A stretch of DNA of 64,000 nucleotides from Promethearchaeia archaeon. GTDB lineage: Archaea; Asgardarchaeota; Lokiarchaeia; Sigyniarchaeales; SOKP01. Below, piece by piece: positions 18,928 to 30,225 of this stretch (within the stretch, counting starts at the first letter, position 1; the number at the start of each line of letters is the position of its first letter). Where the stretch lies: NCBI GenBank assembly GCA_029856045.1, contig JAHQWG010000025.1, forward strand, positions 64,001 to 128,000. The letters are read 5' to 3'. The position numbers and the translations under genes were made by a program. The notes beneath the pieces were generated by a model. It saw only the letters and a program-made list of their open reading frames with translations. It had not been told where the DNA came from and searched no databases.

Positions 18928-20598
18928 TTAAATTTTATAAATGGCACCGTATTTTGCGGAGGAAACGATTTTAGAATAGATACTTAAATATCCAAAATCT
19001 ATTTTTTGTTTAGGTTGCTTCCATTGACCGAGCCTTTCTTTTATCTCATCATCAGATAATCTTATTTCCAATCTTCTATTAGGAATATCAATATTAATTA
19101 AATCACCATCTTGTACAATAGCAATAGGTCCGCCTTCATATGCTTCAGGACATACATGACCTATGCACGGTCCGCGCGTAGCACCGGAATACCTACCATC
19201 GGTAATCATTGCGACTGATTTGTCTAATCCCATTCCAACAAGAATTGCAGCTGGAATAGATAATTCTCGCATTCCCGGAGAACCTTTCGGACCCTCATAT
19301 CGAATTATTAAAACATCCCCTTGTTCAATTTTTTTAGAAAATAAAGCATCTCTTAAATCTTCTTCGCATTCAAATACTTTAGCTGGACCTTTATGTTGGA
19401 GCATTTCAGGATTTACAGCACTTATTTTTACTACTGCTCCTTCGGGTGCTAAATTTCCCTTTAGTATCGCAATCCCTCCTTCGTTTGCGAGTGGGTTTTC
19501 TAATTGTCTAATAATTTCGTTTTCAATAATTTTTACTTGTTCTAAAGATTCTTTAAATATTAGATTCAAAATATTTTTTGTATTGAGATTTAATTTGGGA
19601 GTCAATTTTTTCATTAGTGACATAACACCTCCAGCCTTATGAAAATCTGTAATGTTATAATTTGAAGCTGGTTTAAATTTCGCTAAAAGAGGAACTGATC
19701 TGCTTAAGGTTTCAAAATCATCATGAGTTAATTTCCCTCCAATCTCATGCGATAAAGCACACATATGCAAGATCATATTGGTTGAGCCGCCAAATGATAG
19801 AGCAACCTTACATGCATTCCTAATTGATTCATCATTTATTAAATCCCGTGCAATAATCCCATTTTTTATTAAGTCCATTACACACCGACCAGCTTTAATA
19901 GCGATTTTAAATTGCTCAGGCTCATTTGCAGTAATCGTAGCGGTTCCAGGCAAAGATAAGCCTAATGCTTCAACAATACAAGCCATCGTAATGGCAGTTC
20001 CCATCATATTGCATGTGCCGGAGGTATAACATGTCTCTTGGGTTATCATATCTAATTGCTTTTCTGTAATTTTTCCAACATTATACATTCCAATTGCCTC
20101 TTTTATATCACATGTTACAAAAGTTTGGCCCTTGAAAAAGCCCTCTGTAAAAGTTCGAGGTTTCATTACCCCACCCGTTAAAAATGCGGTTGGAATATTA
20201 CATCTTGCAGCAGCCATCAACATTCCTGGAATAATTTTATCACAGGAGCATATCATTACCATTCCATCAAAATTATGAGCTTTTATAACGCATTCAACTG
20301 AAGAGGCAATAAGTTCTCGAGATGGTAGAATATATTTTGAGAAATTCCCGCTGTTGGCAATACCATCACATGGAGCAATTGTATTAATTTCCATGGGAGT
20401 GCCGCCTGCATCTGCAACTCCCATTTTAACATAATTACTAAGTTCTCTTAAATGAATATGACCAGGATTTATTTCAGTCCATGAATTAACTATTGCTACT
20501 CTAGGTTTTTCAAGATCTTCATCTGAATACCCACATGCATGATATAATGCTTTCTCATACACTCTTGATACATCTATTTTTGCTCTATCTTTACTCAT
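18928..20598 (-). CDS. ilvD: IlvD/Edd family dehydratase (dihydroxy-acid or sugar-acid dehydratase)
   Basis: [58 protein letters not shown]. Confidence 0.9.
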   Translation of the reverse strand: MSKDRAKIDVSRVYEKALYHACGYSDEDLEKPRVAIVNSWTEINPGHIHLRELSNYVKMGVADAGGTPMEINTIAPCDGIANSGNFSKYILPSRELIASSVECVIKAHNFDGMVMICSCDKIIPGMLMAAARCNIPTAFLTGGVMKPRTFTEGFFKGQTFVTCDIKEAIGMYNVGKITEKQLDMITQETCYTSGTCNMMGTAITMACIVEALGLSLPGTATITANEPEQFKIAIKAGRCVMDLIKNGIIARDLINDESIRNACKVALSFGGSTNMILHMCALSHEIGGKLTHDDFETLSRSVPLLAKFKPASNYNITDFHKAGGVMSLMKKLTPKLNLNTKNILNLIFKESLEQVKIIENEIIRQLENPLANEGGIAILKGNLAPEGAVVKISAVNPEMLQHKGPAKVFECEEDLRDALFSKKIEQGDVLIIRYEGPKGSPGMRELSIPAAILVGMGLDKSVAMITDGRYSGATRGPCIGHVCPEAYEGGPIAIVQDGDLINIDIPNRRLEIRLSDDEIKERLGQWKQPKQKIDFGYLSIYSKIVSSAKYGAIYKI

Positions 20599-20709
20599 TT
20601 TTATCAATTTAGAGAATTTTTAAATTAAAAAAAAAATTATTCATAAATATTTTAGAATCATTAAAATTAAAATATTATATAATAATTACAATAACTTTAA
20701 GGTTTTATT

Positions 20710-21834
20710 ATGGAAAGGTTAAAAGTTGGAATTATTGGTTGTGGTATGATTTTTGATTTAAATATTCTTGGCTATTTGGATAATGATGATGTAGAAATTA
20801 TATGTCTTTGTGATCGAAGGCAACGGAGAATAAAAGAAAAAATTACTAAATTCAATATTAACCCAGATATAAAGATATATAAAGATTATAAAGATATGCT
20901 CGATTCTGAAAACATCGACATATTAGAAATATTATTACCTCATAATTTGCATTGTGATGTTACCCTTTATGCAGCTAAAAGAAAAATAAAAGGTATAAGT
21001 GTTCAAAAACCAATGGCAACAACAATATCAGAATGTGATAAAATGATCAAATCTTGTAAAGATAATAACGTCAAACTAAAGATTTTTGAGAATTTCACGT
21101 TCTATCCCCCAATTTTACGCGCAAAACAACTATTAAAAGAAGGGATAATTGGGGAATTAAATTCATTTCATATAAAAACTATTGAAGCATCAAGTGGAGG
21201 ATGGAATATTCCAAAGAGCACACTGAATTGGAGACTTGCCCCAGATAGTTGTGGTGGAGGATTGGAATGCGGATCTCCGTTCATTTTTGATGATGGATAT
21301 CATAAATTTTGGCTTGCATTACATTTAATTGATGAAAAAATTGAAAAAGTTTTTGCCTGGGTAGATAGATACAATAATTTGGATATCCCAGCGTATATGA
21401 TGTGGAAATATCGTTCTCCAAAAGGTTCAAATCTTAATATGCCCCATTATGGTACCTTGGAATTTAATTTTTCTCCCGAAATGTTATTACCAAGCCCTTA
21501 TTATGCTTGTGATGAATTTATTTCAATTATAGGATCTAAAGGAATAATGTGGATCAACCAAGCAACTTCTGGAGGGAATATAATGTCAAAATCCGAAGTT
21601 TTTCCGGCGATTGTAATATTCCGAGATGGGAAAATTGAAACGATTTCAGATATGGAAAGAGATTGGAAATATGGATTCATTAATTCTACTAAACACTTTA
21701 TTGAAGTTATTAAAAATGATGGGATTCCCTTATTAACGGGCGAAGAGGGGAAATATTGTACTCAATTTGCTTTAGCCGCATTAAAATCTTCAATGGCTGG
21801 AAAAGAAATTTGTCCAGATGAAATTACTGAATAA
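20710..21834 (+). CDS. Gfo/Idh/MocA family oxidoreductase
   Basis: KVGIIGCG, PHNLH, QKPMA, DDGYH. Confidence 0.9.
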   Translation: MERLKVGIIGCGMIFDLNILGYLDNDDVEIICLCDRRQRRIKEKITKFNINPDIKIYKDYKDMLDSENIDILEILLPHNLHCDVTLYAAKRKIKGISVQKPMATTISECDKMIKSCKDNNVKLKIFENFTFYPPILRAKQLLKEGIIGELNSFHIKTIEASSGGWNIPKSTLNWRLAPDSCGGGLECGSPFIFDDGYHKFWLALHLIDEKIEKVFAWVDRYNNLDIPAYMMWKYRSPKGSNLNMPHYGTLEFNFSPEMLLPSPYYACDEFISIIGSKGIMWINQATSGGNIMSKSEVFPAIVIFRDGKIETISDMERDWKYGFINSTKHFIEVIKNDGIPLLTGEEGKYCTQFALAALKSSMAGKEICPDEITE

Positions 21835-21901
21835 TTATGTAAATCTTATCATTGTACTTATTTAAAAAATAAAATTTTTGAAATTTACAAAATATTATTA
21901 A

Positions 21902-23086
21902 TTATTCTAAAGAAAATGGAAAAGTTCCACGAACTCTCCATATTGCTATATCATTAAAACCTAATTTTTCAGCTTGTGTCTTCTCTCCATTACAAATATC
22001 TTTTAACTTTTGCCATAAAAATGCCGATACATCTTCAATTTTTTTATTTTCTGTTATAATTTTACTGGCATCTACATCAATATTACATCCCATCCAATCA
22101 CAAGTTTTTGGGTTTCCACAGATCTTTATAACCGGCGATATTAAGTTACCCACAGGGCTGCCTCTTCCAGTTGTCATTATTATTACCTGAGCACCTGCAG
22201 CTGCCAATCCCGTCATAGATTCCACATCTAATCCGGGTTCTATCATTAACCATAATCCCTTTCCTTTTGGTTTTTCAGAATAATTTAAGATCCCTTGAAT
22301 AGATGCTTTTCCTGCCTTTGCAATCGTTCCCAACGATTTCTCTTCTATTGTACTTAGACCACCTTGAATATTACCTGGTGTGGGCTGTATTCCTCTGAAA
22401 TCGATACCTAATTTCATAATATTTTCTAAAAAATTTTCCAAAATAGATTTTATTTTCTCTGCAACTTCTTCATTATTCGCGCGTTTCATCAATAAATGTT
22501 CGGTCCCGATCCATTCAGTAAATTCTGGAAGTATCGAGGTGCCTCCTAATTTAACGATTTTATCTGATATAATTCCAACGGCTGGATTTGCTGTGATCCC
22601 TGATATCGAGTCAGACCCTCCGCATTCTAAACCTAAAACTAGATTTGAAAAATCAAACGGCTCTCGTTTAATCTCATTAGCTTCAGCTGTCATTTTTTTT
22701 CCAACTTTTATTCCTTTTTCGATGGCGGCAATTGTTCCACCTTTTATATCTTGAACATTAAAGAATTCAACTGGTTTCTTAGACCTTTTAATCTGATTTG
22801 CCAATAACTTGCTGGTAAGATTTTCACAACCTAATCCTATTATAACAACTCCATAAATATTAGGATTACTGGCAAGACCAACTAATGTACGAATAGTATA
22901 TGTTAAATCTGGACCAAATTGACCACAACCAAGAGGATGAGTAATTGCTATGGAATTTTCTAATTTGTTTGAAATTTGTTGCGCAACATTATTAACACAA
23001 ACTACAGAAGAAAGAATAGCTATTTTATTGCGAATTCCAACCAAACCTTTTGCCCGTTGATACCCTAAAAATTCATCGTTCATCAT
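21902..23086 (-). CDS. UxaA/GarD/SuyB family dehydratase or lyase, large subunit
   Basis: GIRN, HPLGC, GLGCE, ECGGSD, PGN..GGLSTIEEKSLG, TTGRG. Confidence 0.9.
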   Translation of the reverse strand: MMNDEFLGYQRAKGLVGIRNKIAILSSVVCVNNVAQQISNKLENSIAITHPLGCGQFGPDLTYTIRTLVGLASNPNIYGVVIIGLGCENLTSKLLANQIKRSKKPVEFFNVQDIKGGTIAAIEKGIKVGKKMTAEANEIKREPFDFSNLVLGLECGGSDSISGITANPAVGIISDKIVKLGGTSILPEFTEWIGTEHLLMKRANNEEVAEKIKSILENFLENIMKLGIDFRGIQPTPGNIQGGLSTIEEKSLGTIAKAGKASIQGILNYSEKPKGKGLWLMIEPGLDVESMTGLAAAGAQVIIMTTGRGSPVGNLISPVIKICGNPKTCDWMGCNIDVDASKIITENKKIEDVSAFLWQKLKDICNGEKTQAEKLGFNDIAIWRVRGTFPFSLE

Positions 23087-23367
23087 TTTGTCTCCTCTAA
23101 ATAATGACTTTGAATATTATGAATATGAACCCAATCTCCAGCTTTTATATCTTTAATTGCAATACCAATAATTTCGCCATATTTTACTACATGATTACCC
23201 TTATTTATATTTTTTAAAGCAAACTTATGACCAAAAGGTATATCTTGTTTGATTTTAATTAAATTATCGTTTATATCAAATTCTTCATCTTGAGGAATAT
23301 TATCTAAGGATGTGGCGCAATTATCTTCAATATTCATAATAATGTATTTATTTTTCATTTTAATCAT
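23083..23367 (-). CDS. UxaA/SuyA small subunit (SAF domain)
   Basis: DNCATSL, IPFGHKFAL, KYGEIIG, G.WVHIHN. Overlaps the large-subunit start (ATGA). Confidence 0.9.
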   Translation of the reverse strand: MIKMKNKYIIMNIEDNCATSLDNIPQDEEFDINDNLIKIKQDIPFGHKFALKNINKGNHVVKYGEIIGIAIKDIKAGDWVHIHNIQSHYLEETK

Positions 23368-23448
23368 ATTTTTTATTATTAATGTAGACTTGTAAGTTTA
23401 AAAAAATAAACTACTTCAAAAATAAGAAAAAAATAATATAAATTAAGT

Positions 23449-23826
23449 TTAAATTGTTGCTATTGCATCTATTTCAATTAACATACTTTCCAAGGGCAAA
23501 TTTGAAACTTCTATAGTGGTTCTTGCCGGAAACTTTTCATCTACTCCATTTGATTCAAAAAAGCTTTTATAAGCGCTGTTCATACTTTTAAAGTTTCCCA
23601 TATTTTTCAAATATACAGTGACTTTAACAATATTTGAAACATGGGCACCTGCTGCCTCTAAAATTGTTTTTACTTTTTCAAAACCAGTCGTTGTTTGTTC
23701 AGTAATATCAGTTGTTCCGGGAGCTGCTCCTTGTCCTGATACAAATATCAAATTACCCACCTTTATAGCATGACTATATGGTCCAACTTTAGGAGTTCCC
23801 GCATCAATAACTTCTTTTTCTACCAT
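23449..23826 (-). CDS. ridA: RidA/YjgF family imine deaminase
   Basis: GPYSHA, FVSGQ, KVTVYL, FPARTT, IEIDAIA. Confidence 0.9.
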   Translation of the reverse strand: MVEKEVIDAGTPKVGPYSHAIKVGNLIFVSGQGAAPGTTDITEQTTTGFEKVKTILEAAGAHVSNIVKVTVYLKNMGNFKSMNSAYKSFFESNGVDEKFPARTTIEVSNLPLESMLIEIDAIATI

Positions 23827-23836
23827 TTTTATCACT

Positions 23837-24928
23837 TTAATAATTTTTTCCTCGAGCTGATATTTCCCATTTATCTATTAATTTATCATCCTTTATAACA
23901 TTAAAAAAGTCATATAAATTTACAGTTGGACATACATGACCGGGGATTAGTTCTACCTTTTGACCAATTTCAAAAGAGTCATCTTTACCTGCTCTAAATT
24001 GACCATGCTCTTCAGTCAATAAGGTCATTTTTGATTTAGGATACTCTTTAAAAATAGGTTTTCCATCTGCAGTTGAACATGCTTTTGAACCCATATCTAA
24101 TGTAAAATTTCTTTTTCCAGTTTGATTATTAATAGTCGCTAAAATAGTAAGAGCAATCTCAAAGTTAGGAACGCATTTACTCATATGCTCATCAAAAAAA
24201 GGATACGTTCCAGGTTGAATTTCTGTTATACCGGGATATTTTCCCGCAATCATATATGTTCCAGATCCAGATGTAGTTATATATTCAATTTCAAAACCAT
24301 TTTCATTCAATAAATCTCGAGTATCAACTAACATCTTCATGCATAACTCTGTCTGTTGTTTTTTATACCCAAAATCTGTTAAATATGTTAAATGTCCTTC
24401 ATAACCCATAAACCCTACAAGCTCAAGATTAGGTAATTCTTTTATAAATTTAGCCAACTTTAATACTGACTTTCCGGGTTTAACTCCAGTTCTTCCTAGA
24501 CCTACATCAATATCAATCAAAACTTCCAATTTAACATTTACCTTATTAGCCAATTTACTTAAATCATTTATATTTTTCTTTGAATCAACACAAACCCTTA
24601 CTAAATTTTTCTTATTAATTTCTATCAGTCGTATCATCTTATTAATTTCTACAACTTCATTAGCAATTAAAATATCATTAAATCCTTTTTCTGTAAATAC
24701 CTCTGCTTCCCCAATCGTTGCGACACATATGCCACAAGCACCCGCTTCCAATTGCATTTGACCAATCTTGGGACATTTATGGGTTTTTATATGTGGTCGA
24801 AGATTAACTTTATTTTCCTTAGCAAAATTTGCCATAGTTTCAATATTTTTTACTAATTTATTATAATCAATCACTAATGCTGGAGTAGATACATTTTCAA
24901 GCCAACCTAATCCCATAATCAAATCCAC
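23837..24928 (-). CDS. PLP-dependent D-threonine aldolase / D-serine dehydratase (DSD1) family enzyme
   Basis: TPALVID, LRPHIKTHK, RTG, YEGH, EIQPGTY.F.D, EEH, PGHVCPTVN. Confidence 0.9.
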   Translation of the reverse strand: MDLIMGLGWLENVSTPALVIDYNKLVKNIETMANFAKENKVNLRPHIKTHKCPKIGQMQLEAGACGICVATIGEAEVFTEKGFNDILIANEVVEINKMIRLIEINKKNLVRVCVDSKKNINDLSKLANKVNVKLEVLIDIDVGLGRTGVKPGKSVLKLAKFIKELPNLELVGFMGYEGHLTYLTDFGYKKQQTELCMKMLVDTRDLLNENGFEIEYITTSGSGTYMIAGKYPGITEIQPGTYPFFDEHMSKCVPNFEIALTILATINNQTGKRNFTLDMGSKACSTADGKPIFKEYPKSKMTLLTEEHGQFRAGKDDSFEIGQKVELIPGHVCPTVNLYDFFNVIKDDKLIDKWEISARGKNY

Positions 24929-25093
24929 TTCAAATATTTAAATATTATGCATAATAAATGGTTTTTAAAATTAAAGATTTTGAAATTTTATTGAATCCTT
25001 TTTTCGCATTTTAATTTTTATTAAATTTAACAAAATTTAATTGGATTTTTTAATTCTTTTCTTTATCATTGTTGAGGCATATTTATCAGAAAA

Positions 25094-26296
25094 ATGAAGG
25101 GCATTAATTATCGATTCTATCCATTATGGTACTTGGCATTTTTAAGAGTCGCTATTGGAATGATGATTGGATTGGCTACACCCTTATATTTTATTGAAGA
25201 AGGGCTAAATCCTGAGATTCTAGGCTTTCTTATCTCTGCAACCGCTTTAGCTTATTTGTTTTCACCTTTCCTTTTAAGAAATGTGCCAAAGAAAATAGGA
25301 ATAAAAAAAAGCCTTATAATTTCAATGGCTGGAACTCTAATTGTACAAATAGGATTTCAAATTTCTTTGGATCCCTTGGTAGCATTCATACTAAGATTTG
25401 CGGATGGAGTTTTTTTGGGGTTATTTTGGCCCGTTATTCAGGGTTCGATTTCTATTATTTCGACTTATGAGGGTTTACGGGAAAATAATGAGTTAAAAGA
25501 TAAAGTTATGAATCTTTATTCTATTTATTGGAATGTAGGAGGTGTTTTCAGCTATGCATTAGGCACAATTGTTTTGTTTTTTATTGAAAATGTCCTTTTA
25601 ATGTTTGATATTACCTTAATTTACGCAATAATAGGCGTTATTTTAGTTTTTGTTTTTGAAGAACCTAAATCTAATTTATCTAAAGAAAACTTTTCACTAG
25701 AACAAGAAAGATTAAAACCTAATTCTCAAAGAGAACATGTGAAATTTCCAATTTTTATTCCACTTTTTTTAATGGGAATTTATGCGCTATTACTTAGTTC
25801 AGTTGGATTGATTTATCCAGCAAAATCTGAATTTTTAGATTATGCAGTTTTTACAAATTACTTGTTCTTTTTCATCCGGCTCAGTGTGCAAGCTTTTTTA
25901 ATTTCACAAACAATGCATTTATCAATTAATTCTTTTAAGAAGATAATGCCGTACCTCATAATAACTCTGAGCCTTTGTTTATTAATATGGGGGTTAACCG
26001 AAAATCTCATTATTTTAGCAATTTTATTTGCCATTTTTGGGGTTTGTATTTCATTTTTCTACAGTTTTTCCTTCAAATTAGTAATTTTTCGCAATATTGC
26101 AGAAGATACAACAAAATATAGCATGTATTTTGAAACTGCGGCAGGTATTTGCTTCTTTATAGGACCGATATTAAGTGGTTTTTTAATTGCAATCGATTTT
26201 AACTTAGCATTTTTTATTATGTCGTTTATCTCACTTCTTAGTCTCATTATTTATCTTTCATTGAAAAATAAAATTAAAAGTGAAGAGGTTAAATAA
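25094..26296 (+). CDS. MFS transporter
   Basis: About 12 hydrophobic segments with MFS-like spacing (LRFADG.FLG, GP.LSG). Confidence 0.8.
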   Translation: MKGINYRFYPLWYLAFLRVAIGMMIGLATPLYFIEEGLNPEILGFLISATALAYLFSPFLLRNVPKKIGIKKSLIISMAGTLIVQIGFQISLDPLVAFILRFADGVFLGLFWPVIQGSISIISTYEGLRENNELKDKVMNLYSIYWNVGGVFSYALGTIVLFFIENVLLMFDITLIYAIIGVILVFVFEEPKSNLSKENFSLEQERLKPNSQREHVKFPIFIPLFLMGIYALLLSSVGLIYPAKSEFLDYAVFTNYLFFFIRLSVQAFLISQTMHLSINSFKKIMPYLIITLSLCLLIWGLTENLIILAILFAIFGVCISFFYSFSFKLVIFRNIAEDTTKYSMYFETAAGICFFIGPILSGFLIAIDFNLAFFIMSFISLLSLIIYLSLKNKIKSEEVK

Positions 26297-26455
26297 ACAG
26301 ATAAACAGTAAACCTAAGAAAAAGTGAAGATTAGAAATAATTTTAATTTTTAATTAGTTTTAATGAGAATTTAAAAGTAAAAGGTTTAAATATTCTTATA
26401 TTCATTTGTTAATTTATAAAAAGAATTTTAATAAAAAATAATAAAGTTGTAAATA

Positions 26456-26971
26456 ATGGGCGCTGGAAAAGGTTTAAGTATTTTAGCTGGAATTTTAATC
26501 ATAGTCGCTACTTTTGTATTATCTTGGTTTACAGTTGCTGGTCCCGAATATGCTTATGGTATTGGATTAGTAAAGAACATAATGGGAATGTTTACAGATG
26601 CTGCAACATTAGCAACTTCATGGGGGGTTGAAACATTTGTAATTTACATTGTAGCTGTTGTGTATATTTTATTCTTAATTTCTGGAATTTTAGTGCTAAT
26701 CGGGGCAAAAGTTCGCGTACTGGCAATAATAGGGGCAATTGTTCCTATATTTTTATGTTATGCGATCATAGCGGGCGCTTTAAATATTCCACCAGATTTT
26801 TATCCTTATATTTCAGTATTTCTAGACTCTGAACCTCTAGTAGCAGGAATTATTCCTTTCGATTTACCTTTAGCTCCTGCCAATGCATCGGCAACAGTAT
26901 CTCTCGGAACTTATATACTTCTTGCGGGCGGTGTTTTAGGTCTTATTGGTGGAATTATGGGTCGAGATTAA
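26456..26971 (+). CDS. Small integral membrane protein
   Basis: 171 aa with four hydrophobic segments and a Gly-rich last helix. Confidence 0.75.
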   Translation: MGAGKGLSILAGILIIVATFVLSWFTVAGPEYAYGIGLVKNIMGMFTDAATLATSWGVETFVIYIVAVVYILFLISGILVLIGAKVRVLAIIGAIVPIFLCYAIIAGALNIPPDFYPYISVFLDSEPLVAGIIPFDLPLAPANASATVSLGTYILLAGGVLGLIGGIMGRD

Positions 26972-27031
26972 AAATTTAAAATTTATTTTTTTCATTTTTA
27001 CTTTTTGATAACATTCTCTTTAGGTTAGGGT

Positions 27032-28315
27032 TTAATTGTGATGTTTATGCTTAATTTGATTCATATAGATTTTTAAAAATATAAAAATTATCAATCCAAT
27101 TGAGCAAATGAAAACCCCTGCAAAAAATGATGCTTGATAGGCAAAAACTTCTTCTCTGCCTTCACTGATCAAAAAATCAATTAGGGGTCCGGAGATAATG
27201 GTGCAAGCTAATCCCCAAGAAAGGAAAAACGTAGTGTTATATATTGCAAATAATTTAGCTCGCTTTTTTGGGGGCATTAAAGCTGAGGCAATGGTATATG
27301 ATGATGCCATAATTAAAACATCTGCAGTTCCAATTAAAAAACTTCCTGCAAATATCAACGGCAAATTCATGGAAACAGCCGTAATTATAATTGCAAGTAT
27401 GCCAATAGATGTTCCGAGGATTAAAGCAACCGCATGTCCTAATTTTTTGCTTAATAATCCTGCAAAAAATCCAATCATTATATTTGCGATTGAGCGAGTA
27501 TTTGCTATAAAACTTAGCAGAATACTATCTACTGCTAAACCAGATTCCAAAGTTAAAAATTGCGAATAAGTCGTTGCGATAGAATTCCTACCGAAATTGA
27601 TAAATATCAAGGCAATGATAAAAACTATAAAAATAGTTGTGTTGTTTTCATTATTCTTATCATTATTATTGGAGGCAATCTCCAATTTTTCTATTGGATT
27701 AATTCCACCCTCCGGAGTGAATAACATGGGAATAGTAGATATAAACATTACAAAAGATGCAACAAAAAATAACGGTCCATTCCGAAATCCTAAACCATTG
27801 TCATATAATAATCCACCGATTGAGATTCCAATTACACGCCCAACTCCTCCAAGACTAGTTAAGTTACCCATTATTCTACTTCTATCTTTAAACGGGTAGA
27901 GATCGGATAATAAAGCACTCCAACCAATATTGGACATGCTCCAAAAGATTTCTACACAAGCAAGTCCAATAATAATTACATACCCTGCAATAAATAAATC
28001 GGCTATCGATGAATGGATAAACCAAACAGAAATAGTTCCTATGCCGGCTAAAACTTCACCCATTATAATTAATGTTCTACGTCGCTGAAATTTATCAGAT
28101 ACTGGTCCCCAAACAAGGTTCTGAAAGATTACACTCATTATCATGGGAATTGTGGCGTATAAAGTTGTTTCCGTTACTGATAATTTCAGAAAATTTCTTA
28201 GATAAATTGACAAAAAAGTGTAAAATAGCCCTCGTCTAAACATTGCAAGCATTTGAAAAGAAGTTAAACCAATAAAGGTGCGTGATAATGATATTTTATG
28301 TTTTTTAATTTCCAT
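27032..28315 (-). CDS. MFS transporter
   Basis: Motif A GPVSDKFQRR and GLLSKKLGH, 12 TM segments. Confidence 0.88.
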   Translation of the reverse strand: MEIKKHKISLSRTFIGLTSFQMLAMFRRGLFYTFLSIYLRNFLKLSVTETTLYATIPMIMSVIFQNLVWGPVSDKFQRRRTLIIMGEVLAGIGTISVWFIHSSIADLFIAGYVIIIGLACVEIFWSMSNIGWSALLSDLYPFKDRSRIMGNLTSLGGVGRVIGISIGGLLYDNGLGFRNGPLFFVASFVMFISTIPMLFTPEGGINPIEKLEIASNNNDKNNENNTTIFIVFIIALIFINFGRNSIATTYSQFLTLESGLAVDSILLSFIANTRSIANIMIGFFAGLLSKKLGHAVALILGTSIGILAIIITAVSMNLPLIFAGSFLIGTADVLIMASSYTIASALMPPKKRAKLFAIYNTTFFLSWGLACTIISGPLIDFLISEGREEVFAYQASFFAGVFICSIGLIIFIFLKIYMNQIKHKHHN

Positions 28316-28451
28316 TTTTTGTTATATTAGTTAGTGTAGTGTTGTATTTTTACTATAGTATTTTAATATTTTGGAATTTTATTTAACTTTCTCCATATAA
28401 AAAATAAAATTAAATATAATTAGAGAGTGATATTAAATAAAAATAAAAAAG

Positions 28452-28931
28452 TTGGAAAATATGGCAGAAAATCGAATTGAAATAAGTTCTTATGAACTTA
28501 TTGATAAATTTTTCACAAGAGCTTCATTATTGGTATCAATGAGTAAGGATGGAAAGCCTAATGTCATGTCAGTTCTATGGAGATCTATAGGTGAATTGTG
28601 GATGTATCCAGTAATTACCGTAGCAGTTTCACCTTCCCGCTATAGTTATGAACTCTTAACAAAAGGGATAAGAGAGTTTACATTAAACATTCCTTCAGAT
28701 AAGATAAGCTCTGCTATTGATATTTGTGGTAACTATTCGGGGAGAAATACTGATAAATTTAAACAAGCGAACTTAACCATAATTCCGGGAAAACGAGTTA
28801 AAGTTCCTACAATAAAGGATTGCATACTGAGTTATGAATGTAAAATAATTCACGAGACAGATTCAGGGAATATTGAGCCACATCATTTATTTTTTGGTGA
28901 AATTCTTGCTGTTTATGCTCTAAAGGAATAG
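28452..28931 (+). CDS. Flavin reductase family protein
   Basis: GKPNVM, SRYSYE, FTLNIP, SGRNTDK, YECKI, HHLFFGEI. Confidence 0.88.
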   Translation: MENMAENRIEISSYELIDKFFTRASLLVSMSKDGKPNVMSVLWRSIGELWMYPVITVAVSPSRYSYELLTKGIREFTLNIPSDKISSAIDICGNYSGRNTDKFKQANLTIIPGKRVKVPTIKDCILSYECKIIHETDSGNIEPHHLFFGEILAVYALKE

Positions 28932-29113
28932 ATTTAAAGTATATTTTTTTTTTCAGAAATTCGAAATTATTCTTATATTAGTAATTTTCATTTACATTTT
29001 TCGAAAATTGAGTTATCAATTTAAAAAAGCTTTTTATTTTTTTTCTCAAATTATTAACTGTATTCAAAAATGAATTAAAATCTCAATAAATACAAAAAAA
29101 ATGTGTGATAAAT

Positions 29114-29941
29114 ATGGCAGAAGAAAAGAAATATGAGCATATTGTTATAGAAAGAGTAGCTGATGGAAACTATGCAGTTATTAGTTTGAATCGCCCAGAT
29201 AAGTTAAATGCACTCACTGCTCAAACATGTCGAGAAGTTGCCGATGCATTAGAAAGTATGGAAATGGACCCAGATGTCCGATGTGTTGTCCTTAGAGGGA
29301 CAAAAAATGTTACTAAAAAACCTGCATTCTCTTCAGGTGCTGATTTATCAGCAGGATTTGGACCCGGATTAAACCCAAAAATTCCAATGCATATGGATTA
29401 TTCGATGTTTGATCGTCATAGAAGTTATTTACGAATCGAAGCTTTTCCAAAACCATTAATAGCTGCAGTAGATGGTTACGCTTTTGGTGGTGGTTGCGAG
29501 CTTACATTAGTCTGTGATCTTGTAATTGCCAGTAAAAGAAGCTTTTTTGGATTCCCAGAAATTGTAAGAGGGATTTTTCCGGCAAATGGAGGCACTCAAA
29601 GAATGGCTAGACATATAGGACTCGCTAGAGCCAAGTGGATGATCTATACTGGTGAAAGAGTATCAGCTGAAGATATGTATGATTGGGGATATGTTTCTAA
29701 AGTTGTAGATGATGAAAAATTTGAAGTGGAAGTTCACAATTTGGCTTCAAAAATCGGAAAAGGGGCCACTACATCTTATTATTGTATAAAGAAAGCTATG
29801 AACTATGGAACTCAGGCACCTCATTATATTGGAATCAATTTTGAGCAATTAGGATTCGCCGTGAATTCTCAAGCAAGTGATGTAGTAGAAGGAGTTAATG
29901 CCTTTTTAAGGAGAAAAGAGCCTAACTTTAAAGGTATATAA
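29114..29941 (+). CDS. Enoyl-CoA hydratase/isomerase
   Basis: LNRPDKLNA, FSSGADL, PKPLIAAVDG.AFGGGCE, FPE...GIFP..GGTQR. Confidence 0.93.
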   Translation: MAEEKKYEHIVIERVADGNYAVISLNRPDKLNALTAQTCREVADALESMEMDPDVRCVVLRGTKNVTKKPAFSSGADLSAGFGPGLNPKIPMHMDYSMFDRHRSYLRIEAFPKPLIAAVDGYAFGGGCELTLVCDLVIASKRSFFGFPEIVRGIFPANGGTQRMARHIGLARAKWMIYTGERVSAEDMYDWGYVSKVVDDEKFEVEVHNLASKIGKGATTSYYCIKKAMNYGTQAPHYIGINFEQLGFAVNSQASDVVEGVNAFLRRKEPNFKGI

Positions 29942-29981
29942 GAAAATGAATAGTTCTATAAAGTAAATTTGATTTATAATA

Positions 29982-29998
29982 TTTTTTTCCTTTTTTTT
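29982..29998 (+). terminator. Oligo-T tract, putative archaeal terminator
   Basis: TTTTTTTCCTTTTTTTT about 40 nt after the hydratase stop. Confidence 0.4.
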
Positions 29999-30225
29999 CA
30001 TTTCATCTTAATTTTTATTTTTTTCTTAAAGAGATTTAAAACGCTATTTCTTGTTAAACAGTAATTAAATTTAAGATTTTAAAAATTTCATTTTCAATTT
30101 CATTATATTTTTTGATCTTTTTAGAAATAAAATGTTAAAGATTAAAAAAAAAATAAGATATATTTATATGTCTTAAAAATAAAAAAAACTATTTTATATT
30201 CAAAAAAAAGGTTGAAATATAGAAA

